Notes under the pieces: generated by a model
The model's input: only the letters and a program-made list of their open reading frames with translations
Told to the model about the DNA's origin: nothing
The model's database searches: none
Program-made: the position numbers and the translations under genes
Shown: positions 63,038-64,000 of the stretch, piece by piece
How positions within the stretch are numbered: the first letter of the stretch is position 1
Layout of the letters: every line of letters begins with the position of its first letter
DNA from: Octopus vulgaris
Lineage: Eukaryota
Length of the DNA: 64,000 nucleotides
NCBI GenBank assembly: GCA_951406725.2
Contig: OX597817.1
Location: 41,168,001 to 41,232,000, forward strand
Reading direction: 5' to 3'

Positions 63038-64000
63038 AAGAGAGTGTGTGTGAGGGAGTGTACATCTGCATGTGCACACTCTCATGCAGCTATACACACA
63101 CATATGCAAAGGGCTAAACGAATAGCAGATGAGACTGCTCAAGCTTCATACTAGCATGCTGTGAGCAATTTAAGGATTGGCAGCAATTCCAGCAAGGAAT
63201 TCATTTAGATTTAGTCTACAAGTAGATTCCAGTCTATAGGAAAATTGTTCAGGTGAACACTTGTTGGCTGAGATCAAAACTGGATGATATCCTTGGGAAC
63301 TTTTATAATATTTCTAAGATATCCTAGCAAATCTTCAACAAATGGGCTCCCTAAATTCAGTGATCTAAGTGGCTGTATGCATTCATAGAAAAACACAATC
63401 AATACATTAGCACATTCATATATTAAGATGTACATTATTTCAAGAATGCTTTTAACAGCAGAATCTACTCCACTTCAGATTTATAGATTGTAAAGTAGCA
63501 TAAATGCACACTAATTAGGACATAAATAATAACAATAATCATAATGATGATAATAATGAATTCTTAAACAGATATAAACACACACAAATATATATAGGAT
63601 ATAATTTATTATAGTACTGTCCATATGTCTTTCATAGAATTCAGTCCAATATGGGTTTCTGTAGTCAACTGAAAGCTTACATAATTTGCAAATACCTCTC
63701 TAACTATGACCACCACCTTAAAGTCTCCACCTTAAAGCAACATGGTTGAACAATCTTAATCTAGTTTTACTACCTCTATCCACAATTAGTATTCAACAGG
63801 TAATTGATTCGACAGCAAATCTTTTAATAAATATATCTTTCTTCTTTATTCTAACTCACATTTCTTGCATTGAAACCACCTCTGGCCAAAGTTACAACTA
63901 ATGCACTGAGGGTGCCTCGAAGTGGTTGCTTGCCATGCTAGAAATAGCAGCTAAATCCCCCTTCAACTCATACCTTAGCCTAAAATGTAAAAATGAGATG

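Overview
AT-rich, microsatellite- and SINE-dense animal genomic DNA. The repeat families and intron style suggest an octopus or other coleoid cephalopod (inference). The window lies inside one large minus-strand gene, a kinesin-3 of the KIF13A/KIF13B (Khc-73) type. Seven GT-AG exons (54174->8088) splice in matching phases into about 362 codons running from the end of the FHA domain into the stalk. The gene start (motor domain) and end lie outside the window. Almost all ORFs in the supplied track are microsatellite or SINE artefacts. The introns hold tRNA-derived SINEs, (GAT)n-tailed retroposons, TTAA (piggyBac-like) and hAT-like MITEs, a non-autonomous Helitron and LINE remnants. The most striking signal is a set of short non-coding elements, mostly lodged in (TA)n/(CA)n tracts and mostly fold-back, that carry minimal type-I hammerhead ribozyme motifs of the Penelope-like-element kind (41448-41489, 15922-15954, 52757-52803, 62798-62856). 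Two of these have the compensatory U3-A8 core. Several unannotated frame-preserving cassette or micro-exon candidates and RFX X-box motifs are also visible.
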